Of a stretch of DNA of 64,000 nucleotides, positions 63,240 through 64,000 are shown piece after piece. Below the pieces are notes generated by a model. That model saw nothing but the letters and a program-made list of their open reading frames with translations. It had not been told where the DNA came from and did not search any database. The first letter of the stretch is position 1, and each line of letters begins with the position of its first letter. Origin of the DNA: Pristiophorus japonicus (taxonomy: Eukaryota); the NCBI RefSeq assembly GCF_044704955.1, contig NW_027251278.1, positions 1,054,001 to 1,118,000 on the forward strand, given 5' to 3'. The position numbers and the translations under genes were made by a program.

Positions 63240-63625
63240 ATCGGTGCATTAGACTGATTCCTGGCATGGGGCGATTGTCCTGTTGGGACGGATAGAGGGC
63301 ACTCGGCCTATATTCCTGAGAGTTTAGAAGAATGAGAGGTGATCTCATTAAAGTACACAAAATTCTTACAGGCCTGACAGGGTAGATGCGGGGAGGATGT
63401 TTCCCCAGGGGCTGGGGAGTCTAGAATCAGGGGTCACAGTCTCAGGATAAGGGGTCGGCCATTTAGGACTGATGAGGAGGAATGTCTTCTCTCGGAGGGT
63501 GGTGAATCTGGAATTCTCTGCCCCAGAGGGTGGAGGCTGGCTCATTGAATATATTCAAGGCTGAGATCGATAGAGCTTGGATTGGGCACTCAGGGAATCA
63601 AAGGGCAGAATGGCCTCCTCCTGCA
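63240..63625 (+). mobile_element. CR1 3' fragment
   Basis: gagtttagaagaatgagaggtgatctcatt...ggggtcacagtctcagg. Confidence 0.85.
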
Positions 63626-63760
63626 ATATCCTGTGTTGTGTACTATTGAATCCCTCCATCAGTTTAAAGGCTTTGCCGCGATCACCCCTGCACCTTCTGA
63701 AGGCCTGGCGGTTTAAGAGCAGCTTCTCAACGCTTTTCATTCCTTTTTCTCTCGCCCCAG

Positions 63761-63932
63761 TGGCATTTGCAGAGAGGGCGAGCAGCTGGTGGTGGGTCCC
63801 ACAGACAATGGCAAGTTCCTGCCTCTGAAAGTGTGCAGCATCCAGAGAAACCGGTCTGCCTGTCGGGTGCTGAGAGCAGGCCAGGCTGCCACCCTGGCCC
63901 TGGGGAACTTCGACAGGGCTCTGCTCCGTAAG
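63761..63932 (+). CDS. GTPBP2: GTPBP2 exon 10 (GICREGEQLVVGPTDNG...SIQRNRSACRVLRAGQAATLAL...LLRK); the gene continues beyond the window
   Basis: cag acceptor and AAG|gtgggt donor; phase is consistent. Confidence 0.97.
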
Positions 63933-64000
63933 GTGGGTGTCCAGGCCAACCCAGGGGAGCAACAGTGCAAGCGCCCCCCCACTGTAAAGTCACGCGGGTA

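Overview
Vertebrate nuclear DNA. The repeat content (CR1, L2 and RTE LINEs plus a Deu-domain SINE) points to a shark or other cartilaginous fish. Two spliced genes lie in tandem on the + strand. The first is the last three coding exons of a kinesin light chain, most likely KLC4 (21441-25254). The second is coding exons 1-10 of GTPBP2 (34658-63932, continuing past the window), preceded by a CpG-island promoter with a ZNF143-type motif. Almost everything else is decayed retroposon sequence or large tandem arrays, and the very long ORFs in the ORF track are artefacts of those arrays. The most notable signal is that several multi-kb intronic minisatellites are amplified internal pieces of three different retroposons (SINE Deu domain, L2, CR1), still joined to their parent element. 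Other points of interest are a SINE split by several nested insertions, RTE 3' ends sitting in the same region of the CR1 reverse transcriptase, a fold-back CR1 tail pair, and a candidate 'Ala-stop' alternative terminal exon of the KLC gene. I see no evidence for a new protein-coding system. Family assignments come from recalled motifs, not database searches, and repeat boundaries are approximate.
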